Below are positions 48,397 through 57,800 of a DNA stretch of 64,000 nt, one piece after another (positions within the stretch are counted from its first letter, which is position 1; the number at the start of each line of letters is the position of its first letter). The position numbers were made by a program, and so were the translations under genes. The stretch lies in the IMG/VR virus record IMGVR_UViG_3300025436_000002, positions 64,001 to 128,000 of that record; one strand, written 5' to 3'. This DNA is from a virus. Under the pieces are notes generated by a model. It was not told where the DNA came from. It made no database searches and saw nothing but the letters and a program-made list of their open reading frames with translations.

Positions 48397-48618
48397 ATGT
48401 TTACGAAGAAAAGGTACTCAGGTATCTTAATTAACAAACTTGATGATTCCGACTTTGTGTACTGTATTTTCCATGGGGAGAGATTGTGCTACTATATAGG
48501 TAGCCATCTCTATAAGTCGGAAAGTACTCTTAAGAAGATGTTGAGTATTGGGGATTATAAGATACTAGAGGGTATGGAATTAGATAAGTACTTAATGACG
48601 GAGGAACTGTTGAAATGA
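48397..48618 (+). CDS. KYLMxxELLK-tag family protein (paralog of 48900)
   Basis: Ends ELDKYLMTEELLK. Confidence 0.8.
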   Translation: MFTKKRYSGILINKLDDSDFVYCIFHGERLCYYIGSHLYKSESTLKKMLSIGDYKILEGMELDKYLMTEELLK

Positions 48619-48851
48619 GTTCTATAAAATATTTAGGCCTAGTGACCCATTTCCCTACAAATACTACTCTACTGTACTACAAACAAGACAGAATTAACTT
48701 AGTTAGAACTACTCAAGGAGAGCCATGGCCATCTGGCTACACTGAAACAGAGTTAGCTAGGGACATGGCGAAATATAATAAAGACTTTCTGTATGTTACG
48801 GACAGATTGGAGATATTAAAAACAATCATGACATGGGAGTTATTGAAATGA
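48615..48851 (+). CDS. KYLMxxELLK-tag family protein
   Basis: Ends EILKTIMTWELLK. Confidence 0.75.
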   Translation: MSSIKYLGLVTHFPTNTTLLYYKQDRINLVRTTQGEPWPSGYTETELARDMAKYNKDFLYVTDRLEILKTIMTWELLK

Positions 48852-48903
48852 AGAAAAGAGGATACTTAATAAATATCTAATGTGCGGAGAGTTATTAAAA
48901 TGA
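48848..48903 (+). pseudogene. Collapsed tag-family cassette (56 bp)
   Basis: ATG then out-of-frame LNKYLMCGELLK* between two ATGA junctions. Confidence 0.65.
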
Positions 48904-49121
48904 GTAGACTCACGAAAGGATATTCAGGACTCCTTATTAATAGGTTCGATGAGACTGATTATATCTACTGTATCCATGGCAATAGCCTTTGGTATTACAG
49001 AGATGGAAGTTTAATAAAATCATGTCTTAGTGTAACTGATAAAATGAATAGGGGCGGGTACAAAATATTAAAAGGAAAAGAACTTAATAAGTACCTAATG
49101 ATATCGGAGTTATTAAAATGA
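48900..49121 (+). CDS. KYLMxxELLK-tag family protein
   Basis: Ends ELNKYLMISELLK. Confidence 0.8.
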   Translation: MSRLTKGYSGLLINRFDETDYIYCIHGNSLWYYRDGSLIKSCLSVTDKMNRGGYKILKGKELNKYLMISELLK

Positions 49122-49414
49122 CGTATAAAGAATACAGTATCCCTATACACTATTTTAGGGAGGATAGCCCCAAGGATTATTTAAACAAAGTTATTCTAAT
49201 TATAGATAACGGAACGTATACTGTTAGATACTATTATTTGGACCATGTTCTAAAATATTATACTATGTATAAATGCGGTTCTAAATCATGGGGCAGAGTT
49301 GCTATAATACAAAACTTAGATGATATTAGATCTACTAGCCTCTCTCTAGGACATAAGGTACTCGAAGGTTTAGAGCTTGGTAAGTTTCTTATGATGGAGG
49401 AGTTACTAAAATGA
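49118..49414 (+). CDS. KYLMxxELLK-tag family protein
   Basis: Ends ELGKFLMMEELLK. Confidence 0.8.
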   Translation: MTYKEYSIPIHYFREDSPKDYLNKVILIIDNGTYTVRYYYLDHVLKYYTMYKCGSKSWGRVAIIQNLDDIRSTSLSLGHKVLEGLELGKFLMMEELLK

Positions 49415-49713
49415 AATTAAGGGTAACTAAGGAAGGAGTGTCTCTGGATTCTCTTACAACTGTACTAGCTATTATTATATCTAACTACAACGGTAATATA
49501 GTATATAACTTCTATTATAAGATAACAAATTTTAATACTATACGTTTAAGTCCTGATCTGGCATTCGATGTCCAGTACGTTCTCAGATCCGATTTTAAGA
49601 GTGTAGAGGATATTGTAGCTAAATTTAAGACCTCTCCTGTAAAGATTGTTACGGGAGCCGACTTAGTCGGAGAGATTAATAAATATTTAATGATACATGA
49701 GTTGATGAAATGA
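49411..49713 (+). CDS. KYLMxxELLK-tag family protein
   Basis: Ends EINKYLMIHELMK. Confidence 0.8.
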   Translation: MKLRVTKEGVSLDSLTTVLAIIISNYNGNIVYNFYYKITNFNTIRLSPDLAFDVQYVLRSDFKSVEDIVAKFKTSPVKIVTGADLVGEINKYLMIHELMK

Positions 49714-49958
49714 GTAGAGAATACGTAGCTATATCTATTAAGAATTACTCCGACAGGGATAGGTGCACTATAAAATATTACTGGGAGAGTTATAGCCTCT
49801 GCTACATAATCTCTGATGAATTTGGAACTGTTGAGGAGTATGCCGATACAAGTATATTAATGGAGGAATTAAATAAGGATAAGGAGTCTGGGTTTGAAGT
49901 TATATCTGGTAGGCTTGAGGTTGCAAAATACCTAATGATGCAGGAATTATTGAATTAA
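49710..49958 (+). CDS. KYLMxxELLK-tag family protein
   Basis: MSREYVAIS...EVAKYLMMQELLN. Confidence 0.8.
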   Translation: MSREYVAISIKNYSDRDRCTIKYYWESYSLCYIISDEFGTVEEYADTSILMEELNKDKESGFEVISGRLEVAKYLMMQELLN

Positions 49959-50008
49959 CACTGGTTAGTTTATATTATAAGAAGTATTCGTATAAAATTA
50001 TAGGAGGG

Positions 50009-51748
50009 ATGGACATGACATTAAAAATTGAAAATTTAGGGGATATTATTGAAGTTGTATCAGGACTTGGAAACTTTAAGATAGGTGCTCTACTTACGGT
50101 AGATGCTCCTTCAGGATATAGTGAAGATATTATACTCAATGCTATATCAACACATCCAAACTTAGTACTTATCGGAGGCACTATTCTAAATACATACACA
50201 TATGATATTAATAAGAATAACATAGTAGACCTAGTAGATGGTATGGATGGATTATCCGCAACCCTAGATGACTTATCTACAACTGTTGACGGCTTATCTA
50301 CAACTACGGATGGATTATCTACAACTGTTGATGGATTATCTACAACTGTTGACGGCTTATCTACAACTGTTGACGGCTTATCTACAACTGTTGACGGCTT
50401 AGTTAGTTTCAGTATACCTGGAACTGATAGGTATTATATTGATGGTAATCTAGGAGATGACTCCACCCCAGATGGAAGTTTATCAAAGCCTTATAAAACC
50501 ATTCAAGCATGTTTAGACATGATAGGGCAACCCGTTAACCACATTGATGCTATGAGAACTATCCATATATACGTATCAGGTAAAACTTCAGCTGTGGAAT
50601 CAATATCTGGGGGTCAAACTTTTAGTGGATGTTACTCTGAAAATTTAACAGTTCCGTCGAGAAGGATTACCATATTTGGCTATGGTGTTAAACTAGGTGA
50701 TAATGGAGCTGGCTCTGGCGGTGGAAATATATTAAAAGAGTATTCAACAGGTAGGAGATTTGGTGCAACATCCTCAGAGTTGAGACCGTGTCTTACTTTA
50801 GTCGGATTGGCAGAGGTTAGGGATAATCATCAAAGATTACGTAACGGTTTCCACGTCGGTGGAACTTGTAGAACATCGATTTTAACAAGGAGTTTTGACT
50901 CGATACAAGGTGATGGTAGCAATAAAATAACAGTACATGTAGCAGCAGGTCAATATGCATACCCAATAACTGTATCAAATTATCCAACTACCCCCTACAT
51001 AAGAATATCAGTCCAAAATTCATTGTACTATAGTGGTACTTATGATATAACTGAAAAAATAGATGACACAACTTTTGTTGCCACTAAAGTAAGTGGGACA
51101 AACTTACACACCGAAATTGAAACATCTGGTAGATTTTTTGAGTCAGATAGTGCTGGTGCTTCTGGTTTATCTCATGATTCTTGTTTTTTAAATACTTATA
51201 TGCAAGGTGCTTACACCTGTGATGATGGGACTGTTAACGGTGCAGCTCCAACAGCAGGGACGGAAGTTCTTTATAGTGAAGGTAGTAGATTTTATACAGG
51301 GGTTGAAGGTAGGAGTATTTTATTACAAAGATGGATTAACACTACTTTAGCTGGAGCAAGTATCATTAACTCGTCAGAAGGTATGAACAATTGTTCAATT
51401 AGCGGAACTTTAACCTTATCCACATTTACATATGCAACTGATGACATGGGCTTCATAGCAAATAGATTTAATAGTGCAGTTCCGATAACGGTAAGTAGTG
51501 CGGGTCAAACCGTAAGAATGGATGCAATAACTTACAAATCTTTCAGAGATGCTGGCTGTACATGGGTAACAAATACCCCTACAATAGATTTACTTGGTAG
51601 ATCATGGGATTCGGGAGTTTGGGCTTCTAGACCGACTACATGTTTACAAACTGGTCAAATGTATCTGGATACTGGATTGAAAAAACCTTATTGGTATAAC
51701 TCTGGGGATTCCAGTTGGTACGATGCTACGGGAGTAGTCCACATATAA
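50009..51748 (+). CDS. Putative tail spike/fibre-like virion protein
   Basis: Heptad-repeat stalk; YYIDGNLGDD...DGSLSKPYKTIQAC (beta-helix N-cap-like); C-terminal RPT...GQMYLDTGLKKPYWY..W.DATG. Confidence 0.65.
   Translation: MDMTLKIENLGDIIEVVSGLGNFKIGALLTVDAPSGYSEDIILNAISTHPNLVLIGGTILNTYTYDINKNNIVDLVDGMDGLSATLDDLSTTVDGLSTTTDGLSTTVDGLSTTVDGLSTTVDGLSTTVDGLVSFSIPGTDRYYIDGNLGDDSTPDGSLSKPYKTIQACLDMIGQPVNHIDAMRTIHIYVSGKTSAVESISGGQTFSGCYSENLTVPSRRITIFGYGVKLGDNGAGSGGGNILKEYSTGRRFGATSSELRPCLTLVGLAEVRDNHQRLRNGFHVGGTCRTSILTRSFDSIQGDGSNKITVHVAAGQYAYPITVSNYPTTPYIRISVQNSLYYSGTYDITEKIDDTTFVATKVSGTNLHTEIETSGRFFESDSAGASGLSHDSCFLNTYMQGAYTCDDGTVNGAAPTAGTEVLYSEGSRFYTGVEGRSILLQRWINTTLAGASIINSSEGMNNCSISGTLTLSTFTYATDDMGFIANRFNSAVPITVSSAGQTVRMDAITYKSFRDAGCTWVTNTPTIDLLGRSWDSGVWASRPTTCLQTGQMYLDTGLKKPYWYNSGDSSWYDATGVVHI
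50246..50401 (+). repeat. 21-bp tandem repeat (DGLSTTV, about 7.5 copies)
   Basis: GAYGGMTTATCTACAACTGTT units, in frame. Confidence 0.9.
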
Positions 51749-51834
51749 CTGTTAACTAGTACACGTTACAAACGTCGTTTATATTATAACTAGGTATTCA
51801 GTGTAGAATACCACAATTTAGAAAGAGGTTAACC

Positions 51835-52422
51835 TTGGTATTACAAATCAAAAACACGAGTCTTTCAGAAGTTATTGTATCAGGTCTTAGTATTTCCATT
51901 GATGCAAGTGCTACAGTATCCGCTCCATTCTATGCACCTTATGTTAGAAAAACAGTTCAAGATGCCATAGTCGGCTATCCAACATTGTCTATGGTTGCAC
52001 TAGCAGCAGGTTCTCCGACTCAAATTAAAAACCATGACTTAGTACATGCGGTGACTGTTGTTGAACTTAACAATCTTGTTATAACTGCGGATACTACTGT
52101 TGTTGTTCCTTTGAGTGAGGTTGAACTTACTGAGTCTCAAATTGTAGCTGCTATCAGACCTTTCCCAGAGTTGGAACTATTAGGTAGCACTATGTTGACA
52201 GTTGAAATTCCAACACAAGCTTTTGACATCACTAACCCTGTTATCCTTGGCGACATGTTTGAGGATGTCAATACAATCTTAGAAACTATCGAAGCTAACG
52301 ATGCTGCTGCCACGGTAGCAATAGCAGATTGCCTAGTTAAAAATGGTTTCAATGATACATTCGTTACCGCTGGTGGAAAAACAGTTACAGTTGTTGATGG
52401 TCAAATAATCAGTATAATCTAA
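51835..52422 (+). CDS. Putative virion/fibre-associated protein
   Basis: V/T/A-rich; internal repeat QIKN..V.V; ends GKTVTVVDGQII. Confidence 0.55.
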   Translation: MVLQIKNTSLSEVIVSGLSISIDASATVSAPFYAPYVRKTVQDAIVGYPTLSMVALAAGSPTQIKNHDLVHAVTVVELNNLVITADTTVVVPLSEVELTESQIVAAIRPFPELELLGSTMLTVEIPTQAFDITNPVILGDMFEDVNTILETIEANDAAATVAIADCLVKNGFNDTFVTAGGKTVTVVDGQIISII

Positions 52423-52425
52423 TCC

Positions 52426-52523
52426 GTAACAATAACTTAATAAACATTATAAAGGGGACTTGTAAAAGAGTCCTCTTTATGTTATACTAAATTTGTAAAG
52501 TTATTTAAAAGAAGGGCTAAAAT
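52426..52523 (+). promoter_or_regulatory. Hairpin-embedded promoter
   Basis: TTGTAA(52460)-17-TATACT; ATAAAGGGGACT/AGTCCTCTTTAT. Confidence 0.75.
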
Positions 52524-52865
52524 ATGTTAGTAAAAGTAAAAGCACGTTTAAAAAAGAATCCTAAGTATAGAGTTGACGAACCTATATCATACTACGGATA
52601 TCCTCAGTACATCCAGATACTGTCCGATAGTGTTATAGATTCTGAGGAAACTACCAATATATTCAAAGCTGTTGATGACTTTATAAGTAGGGATGTGGCA
52701 CACGACCGAATATTGAACTACCTCAATCAAGAGGGGACTGATAACATATCTCGTTCAGTACTCTTAACTCTTGAAGTGTTTTACGTATATACTTCGGGTA
52801 CTCAGTATTACAAACCTCATGGAAGTATTGACGTAGTTAATATAAAAGATATTAAGTTAATTTAA
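52524..52865 (+). CDS. Hypothetical protein
   Basis: First gene after promoter. Confidence 0.55.
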   Translation: MLVKVKARLKKNPKYRVDEPISYYGYPQYIQILSDSVIDSEETTNIFKAVDDFISRDVAHDRILNYLNQEGTDNISRSVLLTLEVFYVYTSGTQYYKPHGSIDVVNIKDIKLI

Positions 52866-53056
52866 GAAAGGTTTCTGAGATGGATTATGATTTAAAGAAA
52901 GCTAACGAACGGATAGTTGAACTCGAGAGTTTTATACGGGATTTAAAAAGGGCTATGTCTAATAGTTATTCAACATCTTATACAACTTGTAGTAAGTGTA
53001 GCAAACCTACCGAGAGGAGATATATTTGCTGTAACTACGGTTATGGGGGAGAATAG

Positions 53057-53305
53057 GTGTACATAATAGGTAAGGCTACAGTACTGAAGATAGCGATATG
53101 TAAAGATACAAAGGTAGCTTACATGATTAGAGGGTGGGGATGTCTATGTCAGTCTAATATAGATTATGATTGTGTAGAAACTACTACTGGGAGTGTAAGG
53201 CGTATTACTGAAAAAACTGCCTTCAATATAGACCTTGACAACTACGATGTTCTTGAAGGGACTGGTATGAATAAATATTTAATGGCATTGGAGTTAAGTA
53301 AGTGA
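53057..53305 (+). CDS. KYLMxxELLK-tag family protein
   Basis: Ends GMNKYLMALELSK. Confidence 0.78.
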   Translation: MYIIGKATVLKIAICKDTKVAYMIRGWGCLCQSNIDYDCVETTTGSVRRITEKTAFNIDLDNYDVLEGTGMNKYLMALELSK

Positions 53306-53490
53306 GAATAGAAATTGGAAATAGGGTTAGACTTCTCTATCAATCTGGGTATTATGAAGTCCTAGGATACACAGTTGAAGGTTGTATTAGATGTAAGAAA
53401 ATAGCTAACGACGAGGGTCTTTGGGTAGCTCCAGAAATTGAGATAGTTAATCCTAGTCATCTAGGTAATGTGTTAGACATGTTAGGGTAG
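53302..53490 (+). CDS. Small SH3/KOW-like hypothetical protein
   Basis: IEIGNRVRL..YEVLG..IRCK. Confidence 0.4.
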   Translation: MRIEIGNRVRLLYQSGYYEVLGYTVEGCIRCKKIANDEGLWVAPEIEIVNPSHLGNVLDMLG

Positions 53491-53507
53491 GGGGAGGTGA
53501 AAGTCTC

Positions 53508-53649
53508 ATGAGTTATGTAGAAGATGTCTTAGAGTTAGTAAGATTTACGGAGTTAGTTAACGATAATTCCATGGGGGGGTGGGTTGGATATTGAAATACT
53601 CTTGAAGGAATATAGGAAATATCTTATGATGAAGGAACTATTAAAATGA
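53508..53649 (+). pseudogene. Tag-family gene frameshifted in a G7 run
   Basis: Removing one G at 53573-53579 gives MSYVED...EYRKYLMMKELLK. Confidence 0.6.
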
Positions 53650-53882
53650 AGATGGTAGCTGTAATGACAGATGTTCAGAATCCTGAGATAATTTGTTATT
53701 ATTTTGAAAAAGAAGGATACAAGTATCTATTACTTGAGGATAATGGGGAAAACTGGGTGCAGTACACGGGGCATACTCTAGAAACATTACTAGACACGGG
53801 AAGGTTGTCTAATAATTTTAATGTCACAACTGATTCCTTAGAAATTAACAAACATTCCATGCTGAGAGAGCTGTCGAAGTAG
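53646..53882 (+). CDS. KYLMxxELLK-tag family protein
   Basis: Ends EINKHSMLRELSK. Confidence 0.75.
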   Translation: MKMVAVMTDVQNPEIICYYFEKEGYKYLLLEDNGENWVQYTGHTLETLLDTGRLSNNFNVTTDSLEINKHSMLRELSK

Positions 53883-54046
53883 AATTAAAAGAATACGGGA
53901 GGTAACCTTTGAACCAGTCCATGTTGTTTAAAATAAATATTATTTACATATCTCTGTACCTACTGATAGGTCCGTCCATGTTCACTATGCTAATTAGTTT
54001 GTACATTAGCATGTTGTTTATAGTATGCTATAAGGATTCAAAATAG

Positions 54047-54433
54047 ATGAAAAAAATTATAATATCTTTAGCATTGATGCTACTGACATGCATGCCCGTG
54101 TTAGCTCAGGATTGGCAAGAGGCAGGGTTCCAACAGTATACTAAGATAATAAAATATCATTTTCCGATAGTCGAATACTGGATGATGTCCTTCCCATTCG
54201 AACCTGAATTTATAGGGGATGTGCAGGTAGGCTCAAGGCTCATGTACACTAAGACAAATTGTGACGAAAGGAGTTTAGCAGTACTTAGATATATTATATA
54301 TGACTTAGATAGAAATATCATAGCTAACTATGAGGTATCCTCAGAGGAGAAACTAAATCCAAGTTATCAAGATCTTGTTGAAGGTTCTATCGGAGAGCAG
54401 GCATGGAAATCTGTTTGTGATGGAGAAGACTAG
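54047..54433 (+). CDS. Secreted/periplasmic protein with Sec signal peptide
   Basis: MKKIIISLALMLLTCMPVLA/QDW; C...C pair. Confidence 0.65.
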   Translation: MKKIIISLALMLLTCMPVLAQDWQEAGFQQYTKIIKYHFPIVEYWMMSFPFEPEFIGDVQVGSRLMYTKTNCDERSLAVLRYIIYDLDRNIIANYEVSSEEKLNPSYQDLVEGSIGEQAWKSVCDGED

Positions 54434-54526
54434 TTGTAAAGTTTTATTTAGAATACTTGTAGTTAAGGTGTACAATTTTTAGTTAATATGATATGATGTT
54501 TGAGTAGATTATAAGGAGACAAGAAT

Positions 54527-55054
54527 ATGTTAAAGATTACCACAGTAGGTGAAGCACTTAAAGCAGTAGAGCATTGTTGTTTTGCTTTAGAATTTGTAGA
54601 GGACTCGTTGCAAACGTATGAGATGTGTTTATCCGCAGTCGATAGTGATGGATATAATATACAATGAGTAAAGGAAGAATTTAAAACGCATGAAATGTAC
54701 GTAACGGCTTTAAAGTCTCAAGGAGGAGCTATAGAATGTATAGATGATAAATTTATAACTGAGGAATTTTGTATCTTAGCGGTTCAGTATTGTGATCATG
54801 CTCTAAATCTTATAAGTAAGAAGAACCAAACTGAGAAAGTTTATATGGCAGCAGTTACGGAATATGGAGATTCCCTCGAATATGTAAAAAAGCAAACCTT
54901 AGAAATCTGTATTGAGGCAGTAAAACAAGATGAAGATGCTTTTGAGTATGTTGAAGCTAAATTCAAAAAGCCAGTGTCCAAGTTCCTAGAAACTTATGTT
55001 AGAAATAATAAACCTATTACTTATAGGCAATGTAAAGATATTTACATCTACTAG
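54527..55054 (+). pseudogene. DUF4116-like helical-repeat protein interrupted by an in-frame TGA
   Basis: Repeats QT.E.C..AV....ALE.V on both sides of TGA at 54665; RBS at the 54527 start. Confidence 0.65.
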
Positions 55055-55087
55055 TAACAGTGTGCAGAATATAAGGAGACAACTAAT

Positions 55088-55357
55088 ATGAATGTTTTTG
55101 ATTTAATAGGCGGAGTCCCCCAAGATCCAAAACCTCCAGTTACCCACTTATCCATGTATACTGAAGAAACTGAGTCTATATTAACTTCAAGTACTGAAAC
55201 GTGGTATAAGCTTAAAGCAGGTAGCATGACGCTGTTCGAATCTCAGGATTTGAAAGAGGCCGAGGAATACGCTGAGTTCAATAAGAACGTACTCTTTATA
55301 GATAACGTAAAGCTGTATAAGAAAGTAACTACTAAGGAACTAATAAAAGAATACTAA
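55088..55357 (+). CDS. Hypothetical protein
   Basis: GGAG RBS. Confidence 0.55.
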   Translation: MNVFDLIGGVPQDPKPPVTHLSMYTEETESILTSSTETWYKLKAGSMTLFESQDLKEAEEYAEFNKNVLFIDNVKLYKKVTTKELIKEY

Positions 55358-55468
55358 ATACTAGGAAGATTCAGTGTATTTTATATTAAGAATATTAGGA
55401 ATAGCTATTATTAATAAAGATGATAATCTTGAGATAGGTACTAAGACTAAGAAAGGTTTTTGGTAAGC

Positions 55469-55822
55469 ATGGCTAAAAAACTAGAAATAAGTATAGGGGA
55501 TATAATTACTATTGCTAGAGCTACTGGATATTTTAGATACGTAGCTAGTTTACCTAGAATAGGTTATCACGATGTAAAAGTATTTGTCAAAGAACTTGGA
55601 TCTGGAGGGAAAATTGACTCTTCTGATTATAAAGTGGAGAGGATCGGCTTTGTGGGGATAGCTAAAGTATCCAAAGAGTCTCTTGATGAGATGTATAATA
55701 AAGAATTAAAGAGTATTGAAGGACGTAAGATTAGACTCGAAGCTAAGAAAAAAATATTATCAAAATTGACTAAACCCTCTGAGATAGCTAAATTCTTAAT
55801 GACAAGGGAACTATTGAAATGA
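55469..55822 (+). CDS. KYLMxxELLK-tag family protein (atypical body)
   Basis: Ends SEIAKFLMTRELLK. Confidence 0.78.
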   Translation: MAKKLEISIGDIITIARATGYFRYVASLPRIGYHDVKVFVKELGSGGKIDSSDYKVERIGFVGIAKVSKESLDEMYNKELKSIEGRKIRLEAKKKILSKLTKPSEIAKFLMTRELLK

Positions 55823-56085
55823 AACACGAAGATTATCTTACGGATGATAAAGGACTTATATACTTAGACTCTCTCAAAGCTGAGGGTCTAACCTTTAAAT
55901 ATGTTCCTAAATGGACATCTAAATATAATAGTTATGTGGTATATGACTATGAACCTTTCTGTGCTGATGGATTCTATGTTTCAGTCGATCTTGAAGGGGA
56001 TGAATCCATGGTTAATTATGTAGTATATCTGTGTGATAAAAGAAAAGAAGGTATCGAGAATATCAAGAGGTGCTTTAATGAGTAA
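55819..56085 (+). CDS. Hypothetical protein
   Basis: ATGA-coupled. Confidence 0.55.
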   Translation: MKHEDYLTDDKGLIYLDSLKAEGLTFKYVPKWTSKYNSYVVYDYEPFCADGFYVSVDLEGDESMVNYVVYLCDKRKEGIENIKRCFNE

Positions 56086-56323
56086 AGAGTACGTAATTAT
56101 CGCCAAATTTTTTGATGACGGGCCAACACTGGAGTATTTTAGATATCCAGATAATTCTAATGATATTTACTATATGTTTTCAAATTGTACTAATCTAGAA
56201 AGTAGACATCCTTATAGTGTTGATCGTATAGTATGTGATCTTAGTCAAAGGAATACTGTAATGTTGTTAACAAATAAAAAAGATATAGATAAATACCTAA
56301 TGACCAAAGAATTATTAAAATAG
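56078..56323 (+). CDS. KYLMxxELLK-tag family protein
   Basis: MSKEYVII...DIDKYLMTKELLK. Confidence 0.8.
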   Translation: MSKEYVIIAKFFDDGPTLEYFRYPDNSNDIYYMFSNCTNLESRHPYSVDRIVCDLSQRNTVMLLTNKKDIDKYLMTKELLK

Positions 56324-56386
56324 ATTGTAAAGTTTCATTTCAATAACCTTACTGAGAGTCTTGACGACTCTCTTTTTTTATGCTAT
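56297..56386 (+). repeat. 90-bp repeat copy 2 (tag end plus hairpin promoter TTGACG-17-TATCAT)
   Basis: 89/90 identical to 25622-25711. Confidence 0.9.
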
Positions 56387-56419
56387 CATGTTCTTGTAAG
56401 GTTAAATAAGGAGTTAGTC

Positions 56420-56722
56420 ATGAAAGAATATACGGTAGAATTTATAGTCCTAGTAGGGGAAGGTGCAGGTCATGAACACAAGACTATAAGTATTAAAATA
56501 AATGCTGAGGATACGGAGTCTGCATTAGTGATAGCTAAAAGCATGCTATCCATAGAAATTCAATTCAAAGGGGAGTGTGGGTATTTAGCTCCCAATGCTG
56601 AAAAGCTCCATAAATATGAAATAGATTATGACGATTCAAACCCATGTAATGATTGTGAGTTATCTTCTTGTGTAGGCTGTGCTCATTCTGAAACTAATGA
56701 TGATTGGGAAGACTATGACTAA
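56420..56722 (+). CDS. Hypothetical protein with Cys cluster
   Basis: CNDC...CVGC. Confidence 0.55.
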   Translation: MKEYTVEFIVLVGEGAGHEHKTISIKINAEDTESALVIAKSMLSIEIQFKGECGYLAPNAEKLHKYEIDYDDSNPCNDCELSSCVGCAHSETNDDWEDYD

Positions 56723-56756
56723 GAACTTTGATACATGTGTAAAAGGAGTTAACTGA

Positions 56757-57011
56757 GTGAGGGAATACATACTTTTTGAAAGGTATTGGAACTACGAACA
56801 TAAATACTACTACGTCGAAGATGAAGTTACCTATTGGGTATATTCTGGAGGAGGTCCTCCTGCTATTTCAGCATGGCAAGGCGAGGCGGATGTTAAAAGG
56901 TTAGTCCGTATTACTAAACTTGATAGTCTTGAAAAGGTACAACCTTATATATTAACTATTGGACATCGTGAAGTGGCTAAGTTATTAATGGAGATAGAAT
57001 TGCTAAAATGA
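56757..57011 (+). CDS. KYLMxxELLK-tag family protein
   Basis: Ends EVAKLLMEIELLK. Confidence 0.78.
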   Translation: MREYILFERYWNYEHKYYYVEDEVTYWVYSGGGPPAISAWQGEADVKRLVRITKLDSLEKVQPYILTIGHREVAKLLMEIELLK

Positions 57012-57241
57012 AAAAAGTCTTAGCTCTTATACTTGATATGGAGTCTAATGAGATAATTTGTAGGATAGCTTGTGATACCTATGGAAATACGTTCACTTCG
57101 TTAGGCGGTGTTAATTGGAGATATGCTCAAAAACCTATGTCCTACTACATAAGTTCTGTTAACTTAGGAGAGGGTTATTACGCTGTAACATCTCCAGAGG
57201 GTGTTGATGAGTTACTTATGGTTGAGGAGCTATTAAAATGA
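57008..57241 (+). CDS. KYLMxxELLK-tag family protein
   Basis: Ends GVDELLMVEELLK. Confidence 0.75.
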   Translation: MKKVLALILDMESNEIICRIACDTYGNTFTSLGGVNWRYAQKPMSYYISSVNLGEGYYAVTSPEGVDELLMVEELLK

Positions 57242-57507
57242 AAAGAAGGTTTATTTATTTAGGGCATTCCAATACCTACTACCCAGGTGGATCAGGTAAT
57301 ACATGTTACAATAGATATTATTACTTTAGAGACGAAGAGTATACAGTATATCTCTCGGATATTTGTTATCCTACTAAACATAGTCTATCCCGAATATCAT
57401 CAGATCGTCTGAAATGTAGGCTACACGGGGCAGGAGGACATGTCATGTGTAAACGGAGTAAAAAGAGTATATCTAAATTTTTAATGACTAAGGAGTTATC
57501 TAAATGA
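57238..57507 (+). CDS. KYLMxxELLK-tag family protein
   Basis: Ends ISKFLMTKELSK. Confidence 0.78.
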   Translation: MKRRFIYLGHSNTYYPGGSGNTCYNRYYYFRDEEYTVYLSDICYPTKHSLSRISSDRLKCRLHGAGGHVMCKRSKKSISKFLMTKELSK

Positions 57508-57800
57508 CTAAAAAGTATATAGGACTTATTCTAGGGAGGTACAGTAGGTGCGGAGATTTTAATTTCTATTCACCTTCCATGAAGATATACTATGTTGAAA
57601 ATAGAATTTGTTATCAAAGTGTTGTATTTGACGAGATTCCCGTCATGCCAAACCTTTATAATAAAACATTTACTATGGATACAAGTTATGCTAGAGTAGC
57701 ATTTGACTTAATTATAGCTAAAAGACATAGTTGTCTAACAGTCATTACAAACCATGCTGAGATTATAAAATATTTAATGACGGAGGAACTATTAAAGTGA
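57504..57800 (+). CDS. KYLMxxELLK-tag family protein
   Basis: Ends EIIKYLMTEELLK. Confidence 0.8.
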   Translation: MTKKYIGLILGRYSRCGDFNFYSPSMKIYYVENRICYQSVVFDEIPVMPNLYNKTFTMDTSYARVAFDLIIAKRHSCLTVITNHAEIIKYLMTEELLK

